Shown here: one piece after another, positions 1 through 9,716 of the stretch
Position numbering within the stretch: the first letter of the stretch is position 1
How the letters are laid out: each line of letters starts with the position of its first letter
Assembly (NCBI GenBank): GCA_037146775.1
Contig: JBAWWL010000003.1
Span: 2,334 to 66,333, forward strand
Length of the DNA stretch: 64,000 bases
DNA from: Candidatus Omnitrophota bacterium
Lineage (GTDB): Bacteria; Omnitrophota; Gorgyraeia; Duberdicusellales; 4484-171
Direction: 5' to 3'
Notes under the pieces: generated by a model
The model's database searches: none
What the model was told of the DNA's origin: nothing
What the model saw: the letters and a program-made list of their open reading frames with translations, nothing else
Program-made: the position numbers and the translations under genes

Positions 1-70
1 CACGCGGGAACAGATTCCTAAAAAATATTTTTCTTCCTTTTCGTGCGTGCGGCAGAAGCCATAATAATAT

Positions 71-1582
71 ATGAAGACCATTGATATTAAAGAGGAAGGC
101 AGGGTCATCGAGGTAAAACGTTCGATAGCCCGCATCGAAGGATTTCCCCATTGTCTCAACGGCCAGCTTTTAGATTTCGCTTGCGGCCAGCGAGGCATGG
201 TTATGGGGTTTAAGGAAGAAGAAGTTTTTGCACTCATCTTAGGCAGCCGTCAGGACGTTAAACCTGGTGAAAAAGTATATACCAGGGAAGAAACGTTTCG
301 GATTCCTGTCGGATATGGTTTTGTCGGCAGGATCGTGAACAGTTTGGTTGAGCCGCTTGATGGCAAAGGTCCTATTGCCTTAAAGGCTCCATCCACGCCA
401 AAAAAAGATACTGTCGAGGAGGGTACGGCTAAACGCCCCGCTTCTTTTTCCGACCTGTATCCCGTATTTAGAGAAGCGCCGTCGGTATTGCAGCGCGAAC
501 CAATTACCAAGACGCTCGAAACAGGTTTACGAAGCATTGACGCTATGATCCCCATTGGCAAGGGGCAGCGTGAGCTTATCATCGGTGACCGCATGACCGG
601 GAAAACCAGTATAGCCTTGGATACTGTCTTAAATCAGAAAGATAAAAAAGTGCTTTGTATCTATTGTTTTATAGGCAAAGACTACAATACACTTAAGAAG
701 GTGGTCCAGGCGTTATCCAGCGCGCAGGCTTTTACCTATACCGTTGTGGTCGCTGCGTTTGCTTCCTCGTCTCCGGGAGAACAATACTTAGCGCCCTATG
801 CTGCGTGTACGTTGGGCGAGTTTTTTATGGAGCATGGCGAAGATGTTTTTGTGGTTTTTGATGATTTAACCAAACATGCCTGGGCTTACCGTCAGCTTTC
901 TTTGCTTTTAGAACGTTCTCCGGGCCGTGATGCCTACCCCGGAGATATTTTTTATCTCCACTCACAATTAGTGGAGCGTGCCAGCAAATTGAATAGTGAG
1001 CATGGCGGCGGTTCAATGACATTTTTCCCCATCGTCGATACCATACAGGGAGATATTACCGGCTATGTTCCTTCCAATTTGATTTCCATGACCGATGGCC
1101 AGATCTATCTCAACACTACTCTTTTTGCCGAGGGTTTTAAACCGGCGATAGACCTGGGCCTTTCGGTTTCGCGTATAGGCAGTAAGGTGCAGTCAAAGGC
1201 GATGAAAGAGTTGAGCGCTATGCTGCGGCTGGAATATCTTCAGTACAAAGAATTGCTAAAAATGTCGAAACTAAAAGCAGGACTTTCGCCCGAAGTAGAA
1301 AAAAAACTCCGTAGAGGAGAAGCCATTACACAGATTTTGATACAAGAAAAGAATAAGCCATCGCCGCACGAAGAACAGTTGCTTATGTTGTATGCTTTGC
1401 GTAAAGGTTTCCTGGATGGCTTGTCTCATGAAGAGATAGGCAAATTTAAAAAAGAAATTTATGCTTTTGCGCACGAACATGGCGAAGTCTTTATGCGGGA
1501 AATAGCCAGCAAGCGGGAATTGACAGAAACAATCAAAGAAGGGTTAGAGGCTATTCTTAAGAAATATTTCGGCAAAAAATAA
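71..1582 (+). CDS. atpA: F1-type ATPase alpha subunit, paralog 1
   Basis: 503 aa. Alpha-type motifs are present: P-loop GDRMTGKTS, then CIYCFIGK...VVVAAFASSSPGEQYLAPYAA and FDDLTKHAWAYRQLSLLLERSPGRDAYPGDIFYLHS, which closely parallel the E. coli alpha core. About 20 extra residues follow the DGKGPI motif. Confidence 0.85.
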   Translation: MKTIDIKEEGRVIEVKRSIARIEGFPHCLNGQLLDFACGQRGMVMGFKEEEVFALILGSRQDVKPGEKVYTREETFRIPVGYGFVGRIVNSLVEPLDGKGPIALKAPSTPKKDTVEEGTAKRPASFSDLYPVFREAPSVLQREPITKTLETGLRSIDAMIPIGKGQRELIIGDRMTGKTSIALDTVLNQKDKKVLCIYCFIGKDYNTLKKVVQALSSAQAFTYTVVVAAFASSSPGEQYLAPYAACTLGEFFMEHGEDVFVVFDDLTKHAWAYRQLSLLLERSPGRDAYPGDIFYLHSQLVERASKLNSEHGGGSMTFFPIVDTIQGDITGYVPSNLISMTDGQIYLNTTLFAEGFKPAIDLGLSVSRIGSKVQSKAMKELSAMLRLEYLQYKELLKMSKLKAGLSPEVEKKLRRGEAITQILIQEKNKPSPHEEQLLMLYALRKGFLDGLSHEEIGKFKKEIYAFAHEHGEVFMREIASKRELTETIKEGLEAILKKYFGKK

Positions 1583-1641
1583 GTTCTCGCAGAATATCTT
1601 GAAACAAAGTTTTACACAATATCGCAGGTAGTAACCTTGTT

Positions 1642-3225
1642 TTGGGCCAAAGAGCAAACAATCTTATGCAAACTCAATCATATCCTTTCCGGATTAAAGA
1701 ATTGGGCCGCGTTAAAGAAGTAAGAAAATTTATCGTTAAAATCGAAGGATTCCCTTCGTGTATGAACGGCCAGCTGGTTTCTTTTCCCGGAGGGACCAAG
1801 GGGTTGGTGATGGGTTTTAACGAGCGCGAGGCGCTGGCTATCATTTTAGGTTACGAAGGCAGCGTGCGCATCGGCGATATTGTCGAAGCACAAAGCCAGG
1901 CATTTACAGTGCCGGTTAACGATAGTTTACCGGGTAGAATTATCACCGCGCTGGGAAAGCCTTGCGACGAGAAAGGCCCGATCGCGGTAAGTGGATTTTT
2001 ACGTTTGGCAGCGAACGCCGACAGTCTCACCGCGCACACGTCTTATTGCCCTGTGTTCACCGAAGCGCCCTCGGCCATGGAAAGATCGGATGTCCACGAG
2101 CAACTGGAGACAGGCGTAAAGATGGTCGATATGTTTGTTCCGCTCGCCAAGGGCCAGCGCATACTTATTTTTGGTGACAGGATGTCGGGCAAGACCTCTC
2201 TGGCTACGGACGCTATTATTAACCAAAAGGATAAAGATGTGGTGTGTGTGTATTGTTCGATTGGAAAAAGCTATTTTTCTCTTTTACGGGTCGTCCAGTT
2301 ACTGAAGAAGCATCGCGCTTTGGATTACACGGTTGTCGTTGCCGCAGGAGCTGCCTCGTCGTGCGGTGAACAGTATCTGGCGCCATATACAGCCACCGCG
2401 GTAGCCGAATACTTTATGAACAAAGGCAAAGATGTGTTGCTGGTAATGGATGATTTAACCAAACATGCCTGGGCTTACCGCCAGCTTTCTTTACTTTTAG
2501 AAAGGCCGCCGGGCAGAGAAGCTTGCCCCGGAGATATTTATTATATTCACGCACAACTGCTCGAGCGTTCAGGTAAATTAATAGATGAAAAAGGAGGGGG
2601 CAGTATTACGTCGCTTGTACTCGCAGACACATTGCAGGGTGATATAAGTAGCTATATTCCTTCAAACTTTGTCTCCATGCTCGACGGTCAGATATATTTA
2701 AGTACCACCTTGTTCGGCGACGGCTTTAAACCGGCGATTGATTTTGGTTTATCCATTTCGATTATGGGCGGAAAGATCCAGCATCCGGCAATAAAAGAAT
2801 TTACACAGCGCATACGTATAGAATATGCTCAGTACCGGGAATTGCTTAGGCTGATGAAGTTAAAGTCGACGCTTTCCTCCGAGGCGGAGGCAAAGATAAA
2901 ACGCGGAGAAACCATCACCGAGCTTCTTAAACAGCAGCGTTCTAGCCCGGTGTCGCAAGCGGAGCAGATAATTTTGCTGTATGCTTTGGAAAAAGGTATG
3001 CTGGATAAGCTTTCGAGCCAACAGCTCAAAACATTCAAAAATGATTTTTTTAGCTTTGTACAAAAAGAAGAACCGGAGATAGTGCGCTTGTTGGAAGAAC
3101 GGCAGCCGCTGGATAACAAAAGTGCCGCCTTGATCGAAAAAGTTCTGCAGGATTTCTTTGTGCAAATAGCGGTCAGCTTTAAGATCCAACCGCAGCCTGC
3201 GCAAGCCATCCCTGTCGGAGTATAA
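1642..3225 (+). CDS. F1-type ATPase alpha subunit, paralog 2
   Basis: 527 aa. A second alpha-type protein: P-loop GDRMSGKTS, MDDLTKHAWAYRQLSLLLERPPGREACPGDIYYIHAQLLERS. I estimate 45-50% identity to paralog 1 by eye. It starts 60 bp downstream of paralog 1. Confidence 0.8.
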   Translation: MGQRANNLMQTQSYPFRIKELGRVKEVRKFIVKIEGFPSCMNGQLVSFPGGTKGLVMGFNEREALAIILGYEGSVRIGDIVEAQSQAFTVPVNDSLPGRIITALGKPCDEKGPIAVSGFLRLAANADSLTAHTSYCPVFTEAPSAMERSDVHEQLETGVKMVDMFVPLAKGQRILIFGDRMSGKTSLATDAIINQKDKDVVCVYCSIGKSYFSLLRVVQLLKKHRALDYTVVVAAGAASSCGEQYLAPYTATAVAEYFMNKGKDVLLVMDDLTKHAWAYRQLSLLLERPPGREACPGDIYYIHAQLLERSGKLIDEKGGGSITSLVLADTLQGDISSYIPSNFVSMLDGQIYLSTTLFGDGFKPAIDFGLSISIMGGKIQHPAIKEFTQRIRIEYAQYRELLRLMKLKSTLSSEAEAKIKRGETITELLKQQRSSPVSQAEQIILLYALEKGMLDKLSSQQLKTFKNDFFSFVQKEEPEIVRLLEERQPLDNKSAALIEKVLQDFFVQIAVSFKIQPQPAQAIPVGV

Positions 3226-3258
3226 GATGTTCGTAATCGCGTAATGTAAGGAGAAATA

Positions 3259-4116
3259 GTGGCAACGCTATCGTCGCTTAAAAAGGAATATGATTTTAAT
3301 GTGGAGCTGGCATCTGTGATAGACGTTATGAAGGGTATTGCTGCCTCACAATTTCAGTCGTTACAGCGGCGCAGGGAGCGATTTAAGAAATTTCTTGATT
3401 CCTTTTCCAGCTTTTTTCAGCTCATCGATTTTAGCGCAGTCGCACACCCCTTCGGCCGCTTAGCGACAGAACGTGTGGGTATTATCATGGTGACTTCCGA
3501 CGAGGGTTTTATGGGCGGATTGAATACCCACGTTATCAATGCAGCTCTCGCCCATCGGAGGACCGAAGCCGAATTGATTATTGTCGGCGACCGCGGTGCG
3601 GCATATTTAAAAGGTTTAGGTGAACAGTTTACATATTTCCCCGGCGTTACCGACGAGAATAAATACGAGTTAGCCATAAAATTACGAGATTATATTATGC
3701 AACAAAGCAAACGCGCTAAATTTGGCATGGTTCTTTTGTCGTATCCTTTGCCGGTGTCTTTTACCTTTCAGAAGGTGGAAGTGATTAAGCTCCTGCCTTG
3801 TACGGAATTATTCGAAAAAAAAGAAGATTTGACCTCAGGCGGTGAAAAAGTTATTGTCGAGTCGCATCTCGAAGATATTATTGAGCATTTGGTGGCTGAA
3901 TGGATATCTGAAAAATTGTACGAAGTCTTTGAGGATTCAAAACTTTCTGAATTCGCCGCCCGGGCAATCAATCTTGAACAGAGCTATCAAAACGTTTCGC
4001 AGTCACGGAAAATAGCCCGGTACCGTTTTTTTCAGGCAAAACATACCGCCATAGACAGAAGTATGCGTGAAACGTTTGCCTCGCAACTTTTGCGTAAAAA
4101 AGATGCGGTTACATAA
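3259..4116 (+). CDS. atpG: F1-type ATPase gamma subunit-like protein
   Basis: 285 aa. GTG start, with an AAGGAG RBS 6 nt upstream. The N-terminal pattern ([33 protein letters not shown]) fits the gamma N-helix; both the length and the position between alpha and beta fit gamma. Confidence 0.65.
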   Translation: MATLSSLKKEYDFNVELASVIDVMKGIAASQFQSLQRRRERFKKFLDSFSSFFQLIDFSAVAHPFGRLATERVGIIMVTSDEGFMGGLNTHVINAALAHRRTEAELIIVGDRGAAYLKGLGEQFTYFPGVTDENKYELAIKLRDYIMQQSKRAKFGMVLLSYPLPVSFTFQKVEVIKLLPCTELFEKKEDLTSGGEKVIVESHLEDIIEHLVAEWISEKLYEVFEDSKLSEFAARAINLEQSYQNVSQSRKIARYRFFQAKHTAIDRSMRETFASQLLRKKDAVT

Positions 4117-4157
4117 TATGCACAGTACACAGGGCTGCGACAACAAGAGATAATCAT

Positions 4158-5549
4158 ATGGCAGATAATACTATTAAAAAAACAGGCAGGGTGGTTGCGG
4201 TTCAGGGGCCGGTAGTCGACGTTAAATTCGAAAAAGCGGAAGAAATTCCCGGCATATATCAAGTTATTATTACCAAAACATTTGACGGTAAGGAGCTTCT
4301 TTTGGAAGTAACCGAGCATCTCGAGGGAAACATCGCCCGCTGCGTCGCCTTGGCCTCAACGCTTAATTTGCAGCGAAACCAGCCGGCGGTTGCGCAGGGT
4401 AGTCCTATTAGTATTCCGGTGGGCAAAAGTTTATTTTCAAGAATTATCAACGTTGTCGGCGAGCCTATTGATTCGCAGGGCCCTATTGTTACCAGCGAAA
4501 GAATGCCCATACGAAAAGATATGACTTCATTTTATCTTAACCCGGACAGGCACAGCCTGGAAAAGCTCGAAATTTTAGAAACCGGCATAAAAATTATGGA
4601 TTTATTGTTTCCAATGGTCAAGGGAAGCAAGTCGGGAATACTTGGCGGCGCGGCTTTAGGCAAAAGTATTCTCACTTTGGAATTGATACATAATGTTACG
4701 CAAAAGAGCAAGGGCGTCTGTGTATTTACCGGAGCCGGCGAGCGTATCCGAGAAGGCAACGAATTATATAATGAGTTCAAGAAACAAGGTTTACTGGACA
4801 GAGTTATTATGGCATTTGGCCAGATGAATGAACCTCCGGGCGCGCGGTATGAAATTGTTTTAACCGGAGTGACCGTGGCTGAATATCTGCAAAGCCAGAA
4901 TCAGGACGTTCTCTTTTTTGTGGATAATGTTTACCGATTTGTACAGGCAGGAGCTGAGATTTCCACGCTCTTAGGCAGGGTACCCTCCGAGATGGGGTAT
5001 CAGCCAACTCTGGCCTCGGAAGTCGGTGAATTCCAGGAACGGATTCGTTCAAGAGAATCAGGTTCGATCACTGCCGTAGAGGCGATCTATGTTCCGGCTG
5101 ATGACTTAACCGATCCGGCAGTCGTCACTATATTTAGTTACTTGGATGCGGTGTTAGTGCTTTCGCGAGAACGAATACAGCTGGGGTTATATCCGGCCAT
5201 TGACCCGCTCTTGTCAAGCTGTTCCAATCTCGATCCTGAGATTGTAGGGGAAAGGCATTTCATTATAGCTCAGGAAGTAGTCAAAATTTTAACCAAATAT
5301 GAGGAGTTGAAGAAAATAGTGGCGGTTATCGGCGTGGATGAACTTTCCAAAGTCGATCGCATTCTTTATGAGCGGGCCAGAAAGCTGCAGAATTTTCTTA
5401 CCCAGCCGTTTTTTACGGCGGAAGTCTATACCGGTAAGAAAGGAGAATATGTAACTATAAAAGAAACCCTAGACGGCTGCGAGAAAATTATTTCCGGAAG
5501 AGCCGACACTATTAAGGAAGAAGATTTGTATTTGATAGGAAAACTTTAA
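4158..5549 (+). CDS. atpD: F1-type ATPase beta subunit
   Basis: 463 aa. [16 protein letters not shown]...[23 protein letters not shown]...[43 protein letters not shown]...[10 protein letters not shown]...DELSKVD parallels the E. coli beta catalytic core. The P-loop is the variant GGAALGKS. Confidence 0.88.
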   Translation: MADNTIKKTGRVVAVQGPVVDVKFEKAEEIPGIYQVIITKTFDGKELLLEVTEHLEGNIARCVALASTLNLQRNQPAVAQGSPISIPVGKSLFSRIINVVGEPIDSQGPIVTSERMPIRKDMTSFYLNPDRHSLEKLEILETGIKIMDLLFPMVKGSKSGILGGAALGKSILTLELIHNVTQKSKGVCVFTGAGERIREGNELYNEFKKQGLLDRVIMAFGQMNEPPGARYEIVLTGVTVAEYLQSQNQDVLFFVDNVYRFVQAGAEISTLLGRVPSEMGYQPTLASEVGEFQERIRSRESGSITAVEAIYVPADDLTDPAVVTIFSYLDAVLVLSRERIQLGLYPAIDPLLSSCSNLDPEIVGERHFIIAQEVVKILTKYEELKKIVAVIGVDELSKVDRILYERARKLQNFLTQPFFTAEVYTGKKGEYVTIKETLDGCEKIISGRADTIKEEDLYLIGKL

Positions 5550-5612
5550 GGGTAAGTAGTATCAAAAGTTTGGCGTACGGTAAGCGCATATAGAATGTAA
5601 CCAAGGAGACGT

Positions 5613-7298
5613 GTGGCAATACGGCTTGGAGAGATACTGGTAGATGAAAAAATTATTACGCAGGAACAGCTTGATGAAGCTTTAAAAGAACACGAGCGTA
5701 CCGGAGACTTCTTGGGGCAAATCTTGATCCGGCGAGGTTTTATCGGCGAGGGCCAGCTGGCAAGAACACTTTCGCAGCAGATGGGTGTGCCGTATCTTAA
5801 CCTGAAAGAAGTGCCGATAGATGAGGCTCTTACGCGCCGCGTCCCCGCCAAGCTTGTGTGGCATTACAAAATTATGCCGATCAAGCTCGACGGCAATGTC
5901 TTAACGGTTGCCATTTCCAACCCTTTTGATATGTGGCCGCTTGATGATATTGAAGTGAATCTGGGTTTCCGGGTTGAACGGGTACTTTCTACTCCCAGCG
6001 ACATAACGCAGGCGATAAAAAAATATTATGGCGTCGGAGCCGAAACGATCGAAAGCATTCTAGAGCAACAACCGACCGTGGTGCACGAGACGAGCCTTAA
6101 AGAAAGAACCGAGGATATCGAAAAAAGAGCCGAAGATGTTTCGGTGATTACGCTGGTAAATCAAATTTTGCATCAGGCGATCAAAGAGGGGGCGACCGAC
6201 ATCCATATCGAGCCGTCCAAAAACGAGTTGTCATTGCGTAATCGCGTTGATGGTATCCTGTACGATACCGCCGTTTCCGAAGATATACGCTATCTATACC
6301 CTTCGATTGTTTCACGCATCAAAATTATGGCTGGTCTTGATATCGTTGAGAAAAGGCTTCCCCAGGACGGCCGCGCGCGCGTAAAATTGGGCAACGAGGA
6401 ATTCGATTTACGCGTATCGGTACTACCGTCTGTGTATGGCGAAAATGTGGTTATCAGGATTTTGCCTACCACCATGCTTTTCAGCCTGGAGAAGCTCGGG
6501 CTTTTGCACGAAGACCTAAAGAAATTAAAAGAGCTTATTAGCAAACCTCACGGGATAATCTTTTTAACCGGCCCTACGGGAAGCGGAAAAACCACAACGT
6601 TATATGCGGCATTGAGCACCTTAAATACTTCCGAAACAAAGATTATTACTATCGAAGACCCGGTGGAATATGAGTTGCGTAGAATTCACCAGATACAGGT
6701 GAGCACAAAAATAGATTTAACTTTTGCAAGGGCCCTGCGCAGTATGTTGCGGCATGACCCCGATATTATGATGGTGGGAGAAGTAAGGGATTTCGAGACT
6801 GCCGAGATTGCAATCCAGGCAGCTTTAACCGGCCACCTCGTATTTTCAACTCTTCATACAAACGACGCTTCCAGCGGAGCAACACGTTTACTTGATATGG
6901 GCGTTGAGCCATATCTGGTAGCTTCCAGCGTCGAGGCTTTTATCGCCCAGCGTTTGGTGCGAGTGATTTGCTCTCACTGTAAGGAGAGTTATCAGCTTGC
7001 GCCGGAACTGCGCGCTTTTATGGAACCGAAATCAAGCGAGATATGTATGGTATACCGAGGCAAGGGGTGCGAGATGTGCCGGCATACCGGTTACAAAGGA
7101 AGGACCGCAATCTATGAGATATTGACCGCAAGTACGCCGATACGCCAGCTCATTATGACAAAAGCATCAAGCGACGAAATAAAGCAAAAAGCAATATCCT
7201 TAGGTATGCGAACCTTGAAAGATGACGGTTGGGAAAAGGTAAAGAAGGGTATTACTACTCTCGAAGAAGTGATGCGAGTAACTAAGATTACCGAATAA
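5613..7298 (+). CDS. pilB: Type IV pilus / type II secretion assembly ATPase (GspE/PilB family)
   Basis: 561 aa. GTG start with an AAGGAG RBS. N-terminal GspE_N-like domain, Walker A GPTGSGKTTTLYAAL, tetracysteine CSHC...CEMC zinc motif. Confidence 0.88.
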   Translation: MAIRLGEILVDEKIITQEQLDEALKEHERTGDFLGQILIRRGFIGEGQLARTLSQQMGVPYLNLKEVPIDEALTRRVPAKLVWHYKIMPIKLDGNVLTVAISNPFDMWPLDDIEVNLGFRVERVLSTPSDITQAIKKYYGVGAETIESILEQQPTVVHETSLKERTEDIEKRAEDVSVITLVNQILHQAIKEGATDIHIEPSKNELSLRNRVDGILYDTAVSEDIRYLYPSIVSRIKIMAGLDIVEKRLPQDGRARVKLGNEEFDLRVSVLPSVYGENVVIRILPTTMLFSLEKLGLLHEDLKKLKELISKPHGIIFLTGPTGSGKTTTLYAALSTLNTSETKIITIEDPVEYELRRIHQIQVSTKIDLTFARALRSMLRHDPDIMMVGEVRDFETAEIAIQAALTGHLVFSTLHTNDASSGATRLLDMGVEPYLVASSVEAFIAQRLVRVICSHCKESYQLAPELRAFMEPKSSEICMVYRGKGCEMCRHTGYKGRTAIYEILTASTPIRQLIMTKASSDEIKQKAISLGMRTLKDDGWEKVKKGITTLEEVMRVTKITE

Positions 7299-7314
7299 AA
7301 ATTAAACCATAACC

Positions 7315-8526
7315 ATGGCACTCTATTATTATCGCGCAAAAAAAGGGCCTAAAGAAATCGTGGAAGGTGAGTTGGCTGCCGAGAACAAAGATGCGGCAGT
7401 CGTAAAATTGTCTTCGCAGGGGCTCATCCCGGTTCATCTCGAAGAAAAGGTTTCAGGGTATGAGCCAAAAATAACGGCGGTAAAATCAGGCAAGGTTACC
7501 TTGAAAGAGGTAAATATCTTTGCGCGCCAGTTAGCCAGTTTGCTTAAGTCAGGAAACACTCTTTTACGGTCATTAGACATACTTTCCCGTCAGGCTCATA
7601 ACGCATACTTCCAGTGGGCAGTCGGTCAGATGGCGAGGCAAGTGAAAGAGGGTAGTACTTTTTCTCAAGCCCTCTCCGGTTTTGGGCGTATTTTTCCAGC
7701 CTTGTATGTCAATATGGTAAGATCGGGAGAGGAGGCGGGTACGTTGGATGAGGTTTTGCGGCGGTTAGCCGAATATGGAGAAAAAACTGAAGAAATGCGT
7801 TCAAAAATCAAAGCCGCCCTTGCCTACCCTTCTCTGCTTATTATATTAGGTATGGGAACCGTATTCGTGCTTTTAACTTTTTTTATGCCTCGTCTGGTAA
7901 ATTTATTTCAGGATTTAGGCCAAACATTGCCGCTTCCTACCAGGATACTCATAGCTCTCAGTTCATTTCTGCAAGTATACTGGCCATGGCTGATTGTTGT
8001 TGTGGCAGGTATTGTCGTGTTTGCGCGAAAACGAGGTTTGCGCGCACAAGAGCGCGTGACCATCGATTGGTTGAAACTAAAGATCCCGGTTATGGCAGAC
8101 CTGATACGTAAAGAAAATATATCCAGTTTTACCAGATCGCTTTCTTTGCTGCTTAAGGGAGGATTGCCTATATTTCGGGCAATCGAGATCATTACGCCAA
8201 CCTTAACGAATACCAAATACCGTCAAATGTTTGAGAAGGCAGGTAATAGGATCGTACAAGGGGTATCTTTGGCTAAAAGTATGGAAGAGCAAGGTGGATT
8301 TGAACCTTTTGAAATAAATATGGTTGCGGTAGGCGAAGAAAGCGGCCGGCTGGATGAGTCGCTTCTTGAGATTGCCAAAAGCTACGAGGCCGACATGGAA
8401 GGGACACTACGCGTCGCGACGTCATTACTTGAACCGCTTATTATTATCGGTGTTGGCTGTATCGTTGGCTTTATCGTGTTTGCGATGCTTTTGCCGATAT
8501 TCCAGATGGACATTACTGCCATGTAA
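7315..8526 (+). CDS. pilC: Type IV pilus / T2SS inner-membrane platform protein (GspF/PilC family)
   Basis: 403 aa. Duplicated GspF-type domains with transmembrane segments. Lies directly after pilB. Confidence 0.82.
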   Translation: MALYYYRAKKGPKEIVEGELAAENKDAAVVKLSSQGLIPVHLEEKVSGYEPKITAVKSGKVTLKEVNIFARQLASLLKSGNTLLRSLDILSRQAHNAYFQWAVGQMARQVKEGSTFSQALSGFGRIFPALYVNMVRSGEEAGTLDEVLRRLAEYGEKTEEMRSKIKAALAYPSLLIILGMGTVFVLLTFFMPRLVNLFQDLGQTLPLPTRILIALSSFLQVYWPWLIVVVAGIVVFARKRGLRAQERVTIDWLKLKIPVMADLIRKENISSFTRSLSLLLKGGLPIFRAIEIITPTLTNTKYRQMFEKAGNRIVQGVSLAKSMEEQGGFEPFEINMVAVGEESGRLDESLLEIAKSYEADMEGTLRVATSLLEPLIIIGVGCIVGFIVFAMLLPIFQMDITAM

Positions 8527-8707
8527 TTTTCGTTTACTAAATTATATGTAGTGTTGATGTGTGCCGTAGCATGTCGTAAGCGATCAATACTTTTGCTGGC
8601 CGCAAGACGAGCCGGAAAAAATAAAAACACTTCCATTTTCGTCCCCGTGTTAAAGTTCGGCCAATATGAAGTGTATCCATTAAAGACGATTAAAGAGGGG
8701 TAAGCCG

Positions 8708-9160
8708 ATGCTGTGGTCCGTAAAAGAGAAAACGAGCTATCGCCTGCGCTGCAATCAGCACATTCGGCACAAACGAACATTTACTCTTGTCGAGGCGCTC
8801 TTAAGTGTTGCAATAGTCGCTGCGGGTCTTATAGGTATCATGCAGGCCTTGATGAAAGAGGTAAGCGCGTTGAGTAATATCGAGGAAAGAATTGAAAGCG
8901 CGCGTATTCTGCAGGAGAAATTCGGAGAGGTTACGAAAGAACTTTTAAAAGCAACGCAGATCGCTCCTGTTTCCCGAGAAAATGAAATAGTGTGCGGCCC
9001 GCGCCGTTACAAAATGCAACTGTATGTGGATCAGAAGAGTCCGATAAAGTATTTGTATGAAATACAACTTGTCTGTAGTTGGCAAAAATTCGCTCGAGAG
9101 CAGAAAAATACACTGGTAACATTTTTGTATAAACCAATCCAGAGCAAGAATGAACAATAG
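8708..9160 (+). CDS. Prepilin-type N-terminal domain protein (minor pseudopilin); the annotated start is probably too far upstream
   Basis: Contains a KRTFTLVEALLSVAIVAAGL class-III signal-like hydrophobic segment. The leader is unusually long (about 33 aa) and has Thr rather than Gly at position -1. Confidence 0.5.
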   Translation: MLWSVKEKTSYRLRCNQHIRHKRTFTLVEALLSVAIVAAGLIGIMQALMKEVSALSNIEERIESARILQEKFGEVTKELLKATQIAPVSRENEIVCGPRRYKMQLYVDQKSPIKYLYEIQLVCSWQKFAREQKNTLVTFLYKPIQSKNEQ

Positions 9161-9716
9161 TCGCGATTGTCGAATAAATGTGGCAAAGAACGCTTGCGGC
9201 TTTACCCTTGTTGAGGTATTGCTTGCGATAGCTATTTTTGGAATTATTTCCGGTGCTATTTTTGCAGTATTTACCCGCAGTATTGCGGTCTGGGAAACCG
9301 CCCGTATTAAGGCAAACCACAAAGAAAAAGCGCTGTTTTTCTTGATGTCTTTTGAAAAGGAACTGAAGAACCACATTGATACAGGTAATGTTCAGTTTAT
9401 TGTCGAGGAAAATAAAATATATTTTACCACGCTCAAAGACACGATCTATAACGTACTGTATGTGTTTGACAAAGCGTCCGGGCAGTTTTACCGTTATAGG
9501 TCGGTTTATCCTATCCCGCCGGCCTCAGTAAAGCCGGTTGTGGTTTTAAAAAATGTTGTCTCTTGCGGGTTTAGCTGCGAATATCCTCTTTTGGCGCCGG
9601 GTCAAGACGCACAAAAAAATTCTAGCCTACCTTGCATGGTAACAGTAAAATTTTCGGTAGATGATGTTAAAACAAAAAATAATTATGCACTATCCCGGGT
9701 TATTTCTATTCCCTAA
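9150..9716 (+). CDS. Prepilin-type minor pseudopilin (GspJ/PilW-like)
   Basis: Canonical G|FTLVEVLLAIAIFGIISGAIF prepilin cleavage/methylation motif near the N-terminus. Confidence 0.7.
   Translation: MNNSRDCRINVAKNACGFTLVEVLLAIAIFGIISGAIFAVFTRSIAVWETARIKANHKEKALFFLMSFEKELKNHIDTGNVQFIVEENKIYFTTLKDTIYNVLYVFDKASGQFYRYRSVYPIPPASVKPVVVLKNVVSCGFSCEYPLLAPGQDAQKNSSLPCMVTVKFSVDDVKTKNNYALSRVISIP

Noticed and set aside
250-594. Minus-strand ORFs of 60-170 aa throughout the track (e.g. 250-594, 4259-4510, 8931-9376, 10269-10781, 17570-18079, 27615-28019, 34398-34838, 51755-52204, 54839-55339)
   Set aside because: Every one lies antisense inside a + strand gene with strong motif support. They have low-complexity composition and no recognisable motifs. 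They are shadow ORFs.
8354-8551. ORF 8354-8551 (+) overlapping the end of pilC, and ORF 8382-8780 (-)
   Set aside because: Both are out-of-frame overlaps of pilC with no signal or motif. The 8527-8707 spacer shows no convincing small pilin ORF (MKCIH* only).
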